Origin: an uncultured Nitrospinota bacterium | Lineage (GTDB): Bacteria > Tectomicrobia > Entotheonellia > J063 > CAVPRW01 | DNA length: 64,000 nucleotides | Direction of reading: 5' to 3' | NCBI GenBank assembly: GCA_963707985.1 | Contig: CAVPRW010000025.1 | Location: 96,001 to 160,000, forward strand | In this document: in pieces, positions 1-8,685 of the stretch | How the letters are laid out: each line of letters begins with the position of its first letter | Position numbering within the stretch: the stretch's first letter is position 1 | Notes under the pieces: generated by a model | Database searches by the model: none | The model's input: the letters and a program-made list of their open reading frames with translations, nothing else | What the model was told of the DNA's origin: nothing | Position numbers and translations under genes: made by a program

Positions 1-486
1 ACAGCAGAAGTGGGCACGACCGCGCCGAAGAGTCGTCTAACGAGCATCGAGAAAATGTTTGCGCTGGGGGGGGCGCCGATATTTTCCCATCTCACCTTGG
101 AGGGCATAGCGGAACTGGCGCATGCCAGCGTCGATGTCGAATACGCCCCCGGTCAAATCTTATGCGAGCAGGATGAACGCGGTGATGAGGTCTTCATTTT
201 GCTTGATGGCGAGGTGCTGATTCTCCAAGGTCGGGGAGCGGATCAACACGTCATCATGGTGGAAGGGCCCGGCAGTCTTATCGGGGAAATGGCCGTGCTC
301 GATCCCGCGCCGCGCTCAGCCACCGTGCGCGTCGGAGCGACCGGAGTCCACGTCTTACGCCTCAATGGCGACGCCTTCCGCGACGTGCTCAACGCCAACC
401 CAACGATCGCCTCCGGCATCATTCGCACGCTGGCCCAGCGGCTGAGGAGTGCGGGGCAAATTCAGCACGCGGTCACGGCGTCATAA
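1..486 (+). CDS. cyclic-nucleotide-binding domain protein, 3' part (frame is open from the window edge)
   Basis: cNMP-binding signature (GDEVFILLDGEV...GSLIGEMAVLDPAPRSATVR); no upstream stop within the window. Confidence 0.85.
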   Translation, partial: TAEVGTTAPKSRLTSIEKMFALGGAPIFSHLTLEGIAELAHASVDVEYAPGQILCEQDERGDEVFILLDGEVLILQGRGADQHVIMVEGPGSLIGEMAVLDPAPRSATVRVGATGVHVLRLNGDAFRDVLNANPTIASGIIRTLAQRLRSAGQIQHAVTAS

Positions 487-512
487 CATGGTCTGCATAT
501 CGGAGTATACCC

Positions 513-1073
513 GTGGGACAAATCTTCGTCGCAACGCCGCACAGCTTTGTGGAATTTCAGGAGCAGGTGCGGACCATTCCAGAAGGCTATGTTGAATTCT
601 ACATGCACGATGACTCGTTCGATCTGTTCATTCCCGAAGATCAGGCCACATTGCTTCAGCGCCATGGGCTGACGTATCGCGTCATCAAAGTACTCGATAG
701 CGGGAAAATCAGTGTGGCCTTCGAACATATTCCATCAGCCGTGGCAGACCTCGCCCATCGTGTAGAGGCCATCAAATCGGCCGTGCTGGCTCGCGATGCC
801 ATTGCGGCCTTCTGTCTTGGCTACAACTGCGAAAATGAGGTTGAGGATGATCTCGAAGTCAATGGCTTCCGATATCTGCCGTTCGTCCATCTGGCACCAC
901 AGGGAGTACGCACCTATCTGTTCAAGCTTATCTTCACAAGGGAGGAAGCGGCTGAGGTCATGGGAGTGCACTTTGAGCCGGAGCTTGTGGACGAGTGGAT
1001 ACGTCGGATCCCAGTTGAGAATCTGACGGATATCTTTGGGGTTGATGAGGTGCTTGATGAGACGGACATCTGA
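513..1073 (+). CDS. hypothetical acidic protein
   Basis: 186-aa ORF, co-oriented and tightly spaced between neighbours, GGAG RBS-like sequence upstream; no recognised motif. Confidence 0.65.
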   Translation: MGQIFVATPHSFVEFQEQVRTIPEGYVEFYMHDDSFDLFIPEDQATLLQRHGLTYRVIKVLDSGKISVAFEHIPSAVADLAHRVEAIKSAVLARDAIAAFCLGYNCENEVEDDLEVNGFRYLPFVHLAPQGVRTYLFKLIFTREEAAEVMGVHFEPELVDEWIRRIPVENLTDIFGVDEVLDETDI

Positions 1074-1079
1074 GGGGGA

Positions 1080-1661
1080 GTGATGGGGACCAATCACGCG
1101 TCCAATCGGAAAATTCTCGTCCTGATCGGTCCGCCGGGGGTGGGGAAGAAGTTCTGCACCTTACGGCTCAACGGTAATCATCCCATGGATATCGAAATTA
1201 TCAAAACGCTGACCACGCAACCCCAGCGCCAGATCTATGACTCACTGTTCTACAAAACGGTCGAACGCGAGGTCTGCCAGCAACACATCGAAGCGGGAAC
1301 TTTGCTGGAGTCGGATGAGTTTGCGGGGCACTGGTATGGCATCAATCGGGCTGACACCGAAGCTATTCTCCAACAGAAACACGCCGTCGTGTCGGCCACC
1401 CTGGCGGGAGCTGAAGCCCTGCGCCGCAGTGGCTTGTCTACCATAGTAGCCTATCTCATGCCAGCGTCGAAAGCCCTCGTCGAGGACAATCTTCGACGGA
1501 AACAGGAGACCCCCGAGCGACTCGAGTTGATGCGCCAGGCGGCGTCGGTGTTTGATCGTCTTCCCGAATCCACTTATGATTTCGCCGTCAGGGTTAGCTC
1601 CCTGGTGGAGGCAGAGGCTGAGCTGGAAGATAGGCTCCGAGCCTACGTGGAGCTACACTGA
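1080..1661 (+). CDS. guanylate kinase-like P-loop protein
   Basis: LIGPPGVGKK P-loop, TLTTQPQR (cf. TTRxPR), LLESDEFAGHWYG (cf. LEwaefaGnyYG). Confidence 0.75.
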   Translation: MMGTNHASNRKILVLIGPPGVGKKFCTLRLNGNHPMDIEIIKTLTTQPQRQIYDSLFYKTVEREVCQQHIEAGTLLESDEFAGHWYGINRADTEAILQQKHAVVSATLAGAEALRRSGLSTIVAYLMPASKALVEDNLRRKQETPERLELMRQAASVFDRLPESTYDFAVRVSSLVEAEAELEDRLRAYVELH

Positions 1662-1715
1662 GGCTCTATTCCTTCGACAACGAGGCCACAGACCGATGAA
1701 GCGAATTTCTCCCCC

Positions 1716-1744
1716 TTGACATCCCTATCATTGCTCTGCATACT
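1716..1744 (+). promoter_or_regulatory. sigma70-type promoter for the tRNA / zinc-ribbon / rnpB unit
   Basis: TTGACA(1716-1721)-17 nt-CATACT(1739-1744), 30 nt before the tRNA. Confidence 0.6.
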
Positions 1745-1774
1745 ACCGTAGGACGGGTGCCAGGAGAAGCATCG

Positions 1775-1847
<73 letters not shown>

Positions 1848-1884
1848 TTCGTATGGACCGTGCCAGGATAGGGGAACATGCGAT

Positions 1885-2676
1885 ATGGACCAGCAGCGCG
1901 CTACAAGGGGTGAGGTTGCGGATGTCGAGGGCCAGCTCCGCTCGCTCGTGAAGCTCCAGGAACTTGATCTAGCAATTAAACAGTTCGAAGCCGCCATTGC
2001 CGCCAAACCGCATGAGCTCGATCCCTTGATACGCGCCCTCGACGATGCCCATACCTTCGCCACCATGCACCACAAGGATCTTGCCAGCCTCGACAAACAG
2101 AGACGTCAGTTTGAAGCGACTGTCGCCGAAGAGCAAGACAATCTGCAAAAGGCTCAGCGTAAGTTGCTCGAGGTTAAAACCAATAAAGAGTATGCTGCCA
2201 TGCTGGCAGAGATAGAAACCTTCAAGCAGAAGATTCTCAGCCATGAAGATGCGGTGCTCCAGTTTATGGAGCTGACCGAACTGCGTAAACAGGAGTTGCT
2301 GAATCTCGAACGGCAAGTTCATGACGCTGAACAAGACCTCACCGAGGGGCGACGCAGGAACGAGCTGGAGCTGGCAGTTCTGCAGGAGACTTTGGCCGGT
2401 CGGCGACAGGCGCGCGAGGAGGTGGTACAGCAATTGGAACGGCCAACGGTGGACCTCTACATGCGCCTCTTGAGCGGCCGCAAAGGGCTGGCAGTCGTTG
2501 GCATCAAGAACGGCTCCTGTCAGGGATGTTTCCTGGCCCTGCCGCCACAACTTATGCAAGAAGTGCGACGGAACGATCGCGTTCTCACCTGCTCCCACTG
2601 TCAACGTATTTTGTATTGGAGCGGCGAGATGCTACCCGCGCCGTCGGAATCAGGTGCGTCGGAGCTGGTCAGATGA
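1885..2676 (+). CDS. coiled-coil protein with C-terminal C4 zinc ribbon (CT398/zf-RING_7 family)
   Basis: LVKLQELD start, long coiled coil, CQGC...CSHCQRILY; typical neighbour of rnpB. Confidence 0.9.
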   Translation: MDQQRATRGEVADVEGQLRSLVKLQELDLAIKQFEAAIAAKPHELDPLIRALDDAHTFATMHHKDLASLDKQRRQFEATVAEEQDNLQKAQRKLLEVKTNKEYAAMLAEIETFKQKILSHEDAVLQFMELTELRKQELLNLERQVHDAEQDLTEGRRRNELELAVLQETLAGRRQAREEVVQQLERPTVDLYMRLLSGRKGLAVVGIKNGSCQGCFLALPPQLMQEVRRNDRVLTCSHCQRILYWSGEMLPAPSESGASELVR

Positions 2677-3060
2677 TCGCGGGCCCCACAACGGAGCCTG
2701 AGGAAAGTCCGAGCTCCACAGAGCAGGTTGCTGGGTAACGCCCAGGCGGGGTGACCCGACGGAGAGTGCCACAGAGAGCAGACCGCCGATGGCCAGCATT
2801 GCAGGCTCGCACGCGAGCCCCAAGATGCCAAGGCACAGGCAAGGGTGAAACGGTGGTGTAAGAGACCACCAGCAGCTCGGGCGACCGAGCTGGCTCGGTA
2901 AACCCCAACCGGAGCAAGACCAAATAGGGGAGCGCATGAGGGTGGCTCGCTCGAAGCTCCCGGGTAGGTCGCTTGAGGCGTGAGGTAACTCCCGCCCCAG
3001 AGGAATGATCATCACTGATGCCCAGGGCATCGGCACAGAACTCGGCTTACGACCAACTCC
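2661..3060 (+). ncRNA. rnpB: RNase P RNA (class A)
   Basis: GAGGAAAGTCCGAGCTCC, AGAGTGCCACAGA, GGTGAAACGGTGG, GGTAAACCCC...GAGCAAG and ACAGAACTCGGCTTA cores; P1 pairing ggagctggtc/gaccaactcc. Confidence 0.97.
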
Positions 3061-3074
3061 GACGCTCACCTCTA

Positions 3075-3120
3075 CCCCCTCTTTCCCCCAGTCGCATGGA
3101 AACAGGGCGAAAGAGGGGGT
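3075..3120. terminator. hairpin between convergent rnpB and ppsR
   Basis: ACCCCCTCTTT ... AAAGAGGGGGT inverted repeat. Confidence 0.45.
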
Positions 3121-3133
3121 GCTCGCCGTCAGT

Positions 3134-3970
3134 TCAGGTCTTCTCTTCCAGGCCATGCGGATGCGGGGCGACGAGATTAACGATCTCGCTAGCGGTTTCC
3201 TCAACAGCTTTCCCTGTGACACTCACCACGGGCCAGCGCTGCATCTGGCACAAGCGCAGGCTATAGCGTAGCTCCTGCTGGATGTGCCGAAGGTCAGCGT
3301 ACGATGCCGAAGACGCCTGCGCCCGCAGATTCTTCAGGCGCTCTCGACGTATCATCGCCAAATGCTGGGGGTCCGTGGTGAGGCCTACGACCTTTCGCTC
3401 ATCAAGGCTACGCAATGTCTCCGGGGGGTCTATGTTAAGGACGATCGGGACATTGGCCACCTTCCAGCCCCGGTACGCCAGGTAAAAGCTGACAGGAGTT
3501 TTAGACGTGCGCGACGGGCCGACCAATACGAGGTCCGCCTCGTCGAGGTCATCGACCTTCTGTCCATCATCGTGCTGGACAGTAAATTCCATCGCGTCAA
3601 CCCGCTGGTCGTAGCCGGCATCGGTTTGGTAGAGAAGGCCAGGGCGGCCCCACGGGGTGCGATGCAGAAAGTCCTGCAGCTTTGAGAGCAACCCTCCCAA
3701 TAAGTCGACAACGATGACCCCACGCTCCATGGCCGCAATGTGAACGGCCTGCCGCAGCTCCACCGACACCAGCGTATACACAATCATGCTGTGCCCGCGA
3801 GCCGCATCGGCCACCACTTCATGCACCTGCTCAACCGTGCGGACGTGGGGAATGCGGATGATCATCACTGGCAGATCGAACTGGATAAGTGCGGCTTCCA
3901 AAACGTGTTTTCCTGTCTGACCGGTACCATCGGAAAGCACGAATATGCGATACTCATCGGTCATTTCCAT
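3134..3970 (-). CDS. ppsR: PEP synthase / pyruvate phosphate dikinase regulatory protein (kinase-pyrophosphorylase)
   Basis: SDGTGQTG, HDDG, LVGPSRTSKTP, ANVP and VTGKAVEETA motifs. Confidence 0.92.
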   Translation of the reverse strand: MEMTDEYRIFVLSDGTGQTGKHVLEAALIQFDLPVMIIRIPHVRTVEQVHEVVADAARGHSMIVYTLVSVELRQAVHIAAMERGVIVVDLLGGLLSKLQDFLHRTPWGRPGLLYQTDAGYDQRVDAMEFTVQHDDGQKVDDLDEADLVLVGPSRTSKTPVSFYLAYRGWKVANVPIVLNIDPPETLRSLDERKVVGLTTDPQHLAMIRRERLKNLRAQASSASYADLRHIQQELRYSLRLCQMQRWPVVSVTGKAVEETASEIVNLVAPHPHGLEEKT

Positions 3971-4089
3971 ACATCCCCTTGGGGCAGGGGCAACCGCTAC
4001 GAGTGCCCTTCAGGATTGGGGAGCGCCATGATCACCCCTGCCGTGAAAATCAGGGCGCTGTTAGACCATGAACACCCGTACGCACCAAT

Positions 4090-4953
4090 TTACAGTAGGA
4101 ACCACAGCATCACCTGGCCAGTGCCCAACACACTCTCGTAGGCGCCATATTGGGTGGTCGCCACTTTGCAGCGTTTACCCCCCAGTGCCCCGATCAGCAT
4201 TGAATAGTGGGCGAAAAATCCCTCTGGGGCGCACTTGCCACGAAACTCCGGCACGATATCGATGACCGCAGCGTGATTGCCCTGCTTCAGGAAATCGATG
4301 ATCATCTCGTCATAGGCGCGATTGGTCTCGTTGAAAATGTGCCGAGGGTCCAGGGTGGAGTGCTGAGCCATCTCATCGTATGACCAGAATTGATGTGATA
4401 AACCGCCAGCCGCCAGGAGGACGACGCGGCGATCACTTTCCTGGATGGCACGGCCGATGGCACCACCAAAATCGAGGTGGCGTTCATGCGCGGCGGTCTG
4501 GCAGACGCCGATCGACAGCACCCGGTATTGACGCTCCGGATTGAGGGAGTGCATGAGATGGAGTGTCGGGTAGTGCGGCGCCATACCTTGATAATCTGCT
4601 CCCTCACAGCGTAGTCCAGCGCTCCTGGCCGACTCCACGATGGCCTCGCCAAGGGCTCTATCACCGCGGTAGTCGAAGACAAGGTCATGCACTACACTCG
4701 GCCACGCGTCCGACGTGTACACCCCATTCAGACGTTCCTGGGTATTGACGACAAACCCTTGTGTTGTATACCACTGGGTATCGAAAATCAGAAAGGTATC
4801 AATCTCCGCTGGCTGTATACGCTCTTGGAAAATGTCCTGCAGTGCGCGCGGAAACGTGCTATCTCGCCCACCAGAGCGTGATTTCCCCTGCTCTTCGGGT
4901 AGCATTATACTCGGCACGTGGCCCAGCAACCCTGCCCCAACGATCGCACCCAT
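4090..4953 (-). CDS. class III (LigB/HpaD-like) extradiol ring-cleavage dioxygenase
   Basis: GAIVGAGLLGHVPSIML, HYPT, AGGLSHQFW, PEGFFAHY, YESVLGTGQ. Confidence 0.85.
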   Translation of the reverse strand: MGAIVGAGLLGHVPSIMLPEEQGKSRSGGRDSTFPRALQDIFQERIQPAEIDTFLIFDTQWYTTQGFVVNTQERLNGVYTSDAWPSVVHDLVFDYRGDRALGEAIVESARSAGLRCEGADYQGMAPHYPTLHLMHSLNPERQYRVLSIGVCQTAAHERHLDFGGAIGRAIQESDRRVVLLAAGGLSHQFWSYDEMAQHSTLDPRHIFNETNRAYDEMIIDFLKQGNHAAVIDIVPEFRGKCAPEGFFAHYSMLIGALGGKRCKVATTQYGAYESVLGTGQVMLWFLL

Positions 4954-5007
4954 ATAGAATCTCCCTTGCGCGAAGGACGTCCTAACGATAGGCGTGATAT
5001 CGCTGGC

Positions 5008-5199
5008 CTAAGCAGCGAGAATCAACGTGTCAAGTGCCTCAAAGCTGTGCGCCCCATGTTCGGCGTCAAGCACCACATAATCATACCCGGCATACCCCAG
5101 AACCTCCACAAGGGTGGGTTCGGGAGTTCGGAGCAAACCATCAAAGACCGATTGCCCCTGGCGCAGCTTCTGCTTCATGCGATTCATGCGTACCGGCAT
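5008..5199 (-). pseudogene. N-terminal remnant of an HpcH/HpaI aldolase
   Basis: NRMKQKLRQG...VEVLGYAGYDYVVLDAEHG, then a stop after 63 aa; the rest is absent before the next gene. Confidence 0.75.
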
Positions 5200-5218
5200 G
5201 GCCCGTTTCTCCTTCGCC

Positions 5219-7324
5219 TCATGAGGCCGTTTGAACCACGTCTATGATTTCCTCTCCAAACTGCTTGACTTTATGTGCTCCCATCCCCCGAACGCCCTCT
5301 AATTCGCCGAGTGTTCGGGGGGTATGGCACACAATAGCCTCAAGCACCCGGTTGTGTAGCACCATAAAGGCTGGAACGCCGAGCGCTTGCGCCTTCTGGA
5401 GGCGCCAACGACGCAGGCGTTCCCATAGAGCTGGGTTAGCACTATTGGCTTCGGTAACGGCGCTTGTGGATGCGCGGTCGGAGGTCTGCGGCGGTATACC
5501 AAGGGTCGCTGAGCTGTCACCAAGGGCAGAAAGGGCCAGAAGCGTGTCAACTGTCAAGGCCCGGCGTCCAGTGTCGGTGATACACAGCCGTGGGTATTCC
5601 TCTGCTGTGACCCGTAGGAGATTTCGGCCAATCAATTCATCCACCCAGGCCACGATACGCTCGCGTCGATGACCACGGAGGTGCCCATAAGCCTTCGTTT
5701 GATCAAGTCGCCACTCGATGATCTGCTTGCGCCGGCTCCCGCACAACACGTCAGTGATGATACCACGGCCGAAGCGTCCCCCGAAATCCACCACCGCTTG
5801 GAGGATCATTCTGGCCACACGGTTTGAGGGGGCGGTAGCCTGTTCGTCCTCAACAGTCTGCACAAGATTGAGAGGTTGTGTGCCAGGTGCCTGAGGTGTT
5901 CGGCTGGGGACACACACATCGCAATTCTGACATGGGGGTGAAAACGTCTGCCCGAAATAACTCAACAGTCGAACACGGCGACAGGACATATGATCAGTAA
6001 AGGCAAGCATCCGCTTCAAGCGCGCATTGTCACGGGCCTTCCGCTGATTGATCGGCTGAAAATCTACTTCCGGACGTGCGGTATCCGCTCTACTCAATAC
6101 ATACTTTCCATCTGGCATTACCGAGAGCCAACCTTGCTCATACAACAGTTGCAGCGCGGCTTTGACGCCGATTTCCCGAAACTGACTGGCAACGGCCAGA
6201 TCATCGGCCGATACCGCGAGCGGGTGAGCTTCCCGAAGCATTGTGTATAGTCGAAACACCTGGTCGGGTGCGGGGTATGCCTGATCGATGAAAAAGCGCT
6301 GAATACGGACGTCGCTTTGAGAATACAAGAGCGTGCAGGTCGCGGGCTGGCCGTCGCGCCCAGCGCGACCTGCTTCCTGATAATAGCTCTCTAGCGATCC
6401 TGGAATGTTGTAATGGATGATGCGCCGGATGTCTGGTTTATCAATGCCCATGCCGAAGGCAACGGTCGCCACCATAATTTGCACCCGATCGTCTTGGAAA
6501 TCCCGTTGTGCTCGGGTACGCTCTTCAGGCCTGAGCCCAGCGTGATAGAGGCACACGCTGTGGCCCCGACTCGTGAGCAGATCGAAGGCCCGACGGGCTT
6601 CCTTGCGGGTACTCGCGTAGACGATAGCGGAGTGCGGCTGTCCGGCTAGTAACCTGATCAATTGCGCGTTCTTTTCGGTCATCCGATGGGCCTGGATCAC
6701 CTGCAATCGTAGATTAGGGCGGTTGAAATCGCCCACAACGCGCCCCATCGTTGGAAGCTCCAGCGTGTTTGCGATGTCATTCTGGACGGCAGCCGTGGCG
6801 GTTGCTGTCAAAGCCAGCACCGTAGCGTGCTTGAGCTCTGGCAGTCGACGCGTGACAATGCGGTAGTGGGGACGAAAATCATGACCCCACTGACTGATAC
6901 AGTGCGCTTCATCGATCACCAACAGATCAATGGGAGTTGATCGCACAAGCTGCTGAAAGCGCGCGGAGTCGAATCGCTCAGGGGCAACGTACAGTAATTT
7001 ATACTGTCCCTTCTCGATCTGCGCATAACGCACACTCAGTTCTGAGGAATCGAGGGTGCTATTCAGATAGGTGGCGTTGTGGATCCCCCGGCGAACCAGC
7101 GCCTCAACTTGATCTTGCATGAGCGCGATCAAGGGCGAAACGACGAGTGTGATGCCGGGGAGCGTCTGAGCGGGCAATTGGTAGCAGAGCGATTTCCCTG
7201 AACCGGTCGGTAAGACTGCCAGCGTATGTTGGCCATGGAGCAGCCGCTCGATCACCTCGCGCTGCCCAGGGCGAAAGCATTCAAAACCAAAATATTCGAC
7301 GAGCTGTGATTCGAGTTGATCCAT
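5219..7324 (-). CDS. recQ: ATP-dependent DNA helicase RecQ (helicase-RQC-HRDC)
   Basis: PTGSGKSLCYQ, DEAHCISQWGHDFRP, YYQEAGRAGRDG, CRR...CQNCDVC, C-terminal HRDC; start set at MDQLESQ after a GAGG RBS. Confidence 0.93.
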   Translation of the reverse strand: MDQLESQLVEYFGFECFRPGQREVIERLLHGQHTLAVLPTGSGKSLCYQLPAQTLPGITLVVSPLIALMQDQVEALVRRGIHNATYLNSTLDSSELSVRYAQIEKGQYKLLYVAPERFDSARFQQLVRSTPIDLLVIDEAHCISQWGHDFRPHYRIVTRRLPELKHATVLALTATATAAVQNDIANTLELPTMGRVVGDFNRPNLRLQVIQAHRMTEKNAQLIRLLAGQPHSAIVYASTRKEARRAFDLLTSRGHSVCLYHAGLRPEERTRAQRDFQDDRVQIMVATVAFGMGIDKPDIRRIIHYNIPGSLESYYQEAGRAGRDGQPATCTLLYSQSDVRIQRFFIDQAYPAPDQVFRLYTMLREAHPLAVSADDLAVASQFREIGVKAALQLLYEQGWLSVMPDGKYVLSRADTARPEVDFQPINQRKARDNARLKRMLAFTDHMSCRRVRLLSYFGQTFSPPCQNCDVCVPSRTPQAPGTQPLNLVQTVEDEQATAPSNRVARMILQAVVDFGGRFGRGIITDVLCGSRRKQIIEWRLDQTKAYGHLRGHRRERIVAWVDELIGRNLLRVTAEEYPRLCITDTGRRALTVDTLLALSALGDSSATLGIPPQTSDRASTSAVTEANSANPALWERLRRWRLQKAQALGVPAFMVLHNRVLEAIVCHTPRTLGELEGVRGMGAHKVKQFGEEIIDVVQTAS

Positions 7325-7539
7325 TACAACCTTCCTCAATCCATGAGTACGTCCAGCTCTGGCATGGTGTGCACACCAATTACCATGAGCCAATGCTTGC
7401 CATGAAAGCAGCGCGAGAGGCCAAGTGCCAGACAGGTGGAGTATTCCCCTCGGCGCTCAACATCTGCCTGACTATGCGCGCGTGGGACACCTGAGGATTT
7501 CTCAAGCAGACTTCGGCCTAAGGCTCGCATACGGAGGTC

Positions 7540-7758
7540 CGTGCAACTCATATCGGAATAGCCGCGGCCTCCAAGAGCGAAGGTAGTGCGCATGCTGATG
7601 TCGGTGCCTGATTGGTTCAAGGCAAAGCTGAAGCTGAACGAGTCCGGAAGGCATAATCCCTGCGAGTGTCGACCAGCAGTTGAATCAGGGGGCAAACGCA
7701 ATAGGTCGACGAACCGCTCGCTCGTGATATTGCGGTGACCTATCGTGTAGATGGTCAT
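7540..7758 (-). pseudogene. degraded DUF488-family gene remnant
   Basis: MTIYTIGH...FVDLLR, then IQLLVDTR in a shifted frame and ALGGR further on; these are DUF488 hallmark segments. Confidence 0.55.
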
Positions 7759-8070
7759 CCATAGCCCCCACACGGTAACACGAACGTGGCTCGGCGGCCA
7801 TACCATTGATAAAAGCCAACGTTGACGATGTGGAGGCCAAAGGTGGTATGCGCGATGAGGTTCATCCTCACATGACCTCTCAAGATCATCAAAGGGGCAA
7901 CCCAGCAGCTTGCCTCTGAAGCACTGGCGCTGATCAGCTAGCACGGATCGATGTACCAGCGATATTGTGCCATGAATCTCTAGCAAAATGCTATGATATC
8001 GTGTGGTCCACCGGCCGGGGTGTCGAACCAATGACCAGCGATCGAAGGCGCGAAGAAGGAGTATACGCTG

Positions 8071-8685
8071 ATGGCAATGCCGGCTTTTGCGCGGCGCGTG
8101 AGTAAAGAGACGATCGGCTGTCCAAAGCCGTTCAATGCCTGTGCGGATCCTGTAATATGTAATGGTATGGGGCTATATTTGCAGGTGGCGGGCGAAGTCG
8201 TCACCGAGGCCTACTGGTGGTGTGGTGAATGCTCCGATGCCGAGCGAGCTATCCTGGAAATCGCCTGCCATTTGGTCTGCGGCAAGACATTTGATAACGT
8301 GCATCGGTTGGGTGTGCAGGCCTTTGCCGCCGCTGGGGGCAAGGCCGTCAACAACCTGGAGATGACCTGCGTACGGGTCTTGCTGGCCGTCGAGATGGCC
8401 CTTGTCGACCACGAGGTCAAGCGTGTCCTCGCCCCAAGGACCGAGCGGGACATTGATGTCAACCAAAAACTCAAACAGCTTGGATTTGTGGCACGCGATG
8501 GACAACAGCGGCTCAAGAAACTACTGGAGGGGAAGCTCGCACGCTTTCATTTGCAAGTTCCAACGGTGAAGACCCAGGAATGGACCGCCTTCGGGACCCT
8601 CGAGGACTGCAGCCGTTGGGTCCAGAGCGCCCTGAAGACGGCCTTGTTGAATGAGGTGATGGAGCGCTGTTATCCCTCGCCTTAG
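8071..8685 (+). CDS. Cys-rich protein with a divergent IscU/NifU-N-like N-terminus and a possible ACP-like C-terminus
   Basis: GGAG RBS; DPVICNGMGLYLQV..VVTEAYW.CGEC...ACHLVCGKT matches IscU spacing; the C-terminal pattern resembles a carrier-protein fold. Confidence 0.6.
   Translation: MAMPAFARRVSKETIGCPKPFNACADPVICNGMGLYLQVAGEVVTEAYWWCGECSDAERAILEIACHLVCGKTFDNVHRLGVQAFAAAGGKAVNNLEMTCVRVLLAVEMALVDHEVKRVLAPRTERDIDVNQKLKQLGFVARDGQQRLKKLLEGKLARFHLQVPTVKTQEWTAFGTLEDCSRWVQSALKTALLNEVMERCYPSP

Noticed and set aside
7336..8031. 231-aa minus-strand ORF as a real gene
   Set aside because: Only a short internal part resembles DUF488 and it needs frameshifts; treated as a remnant.
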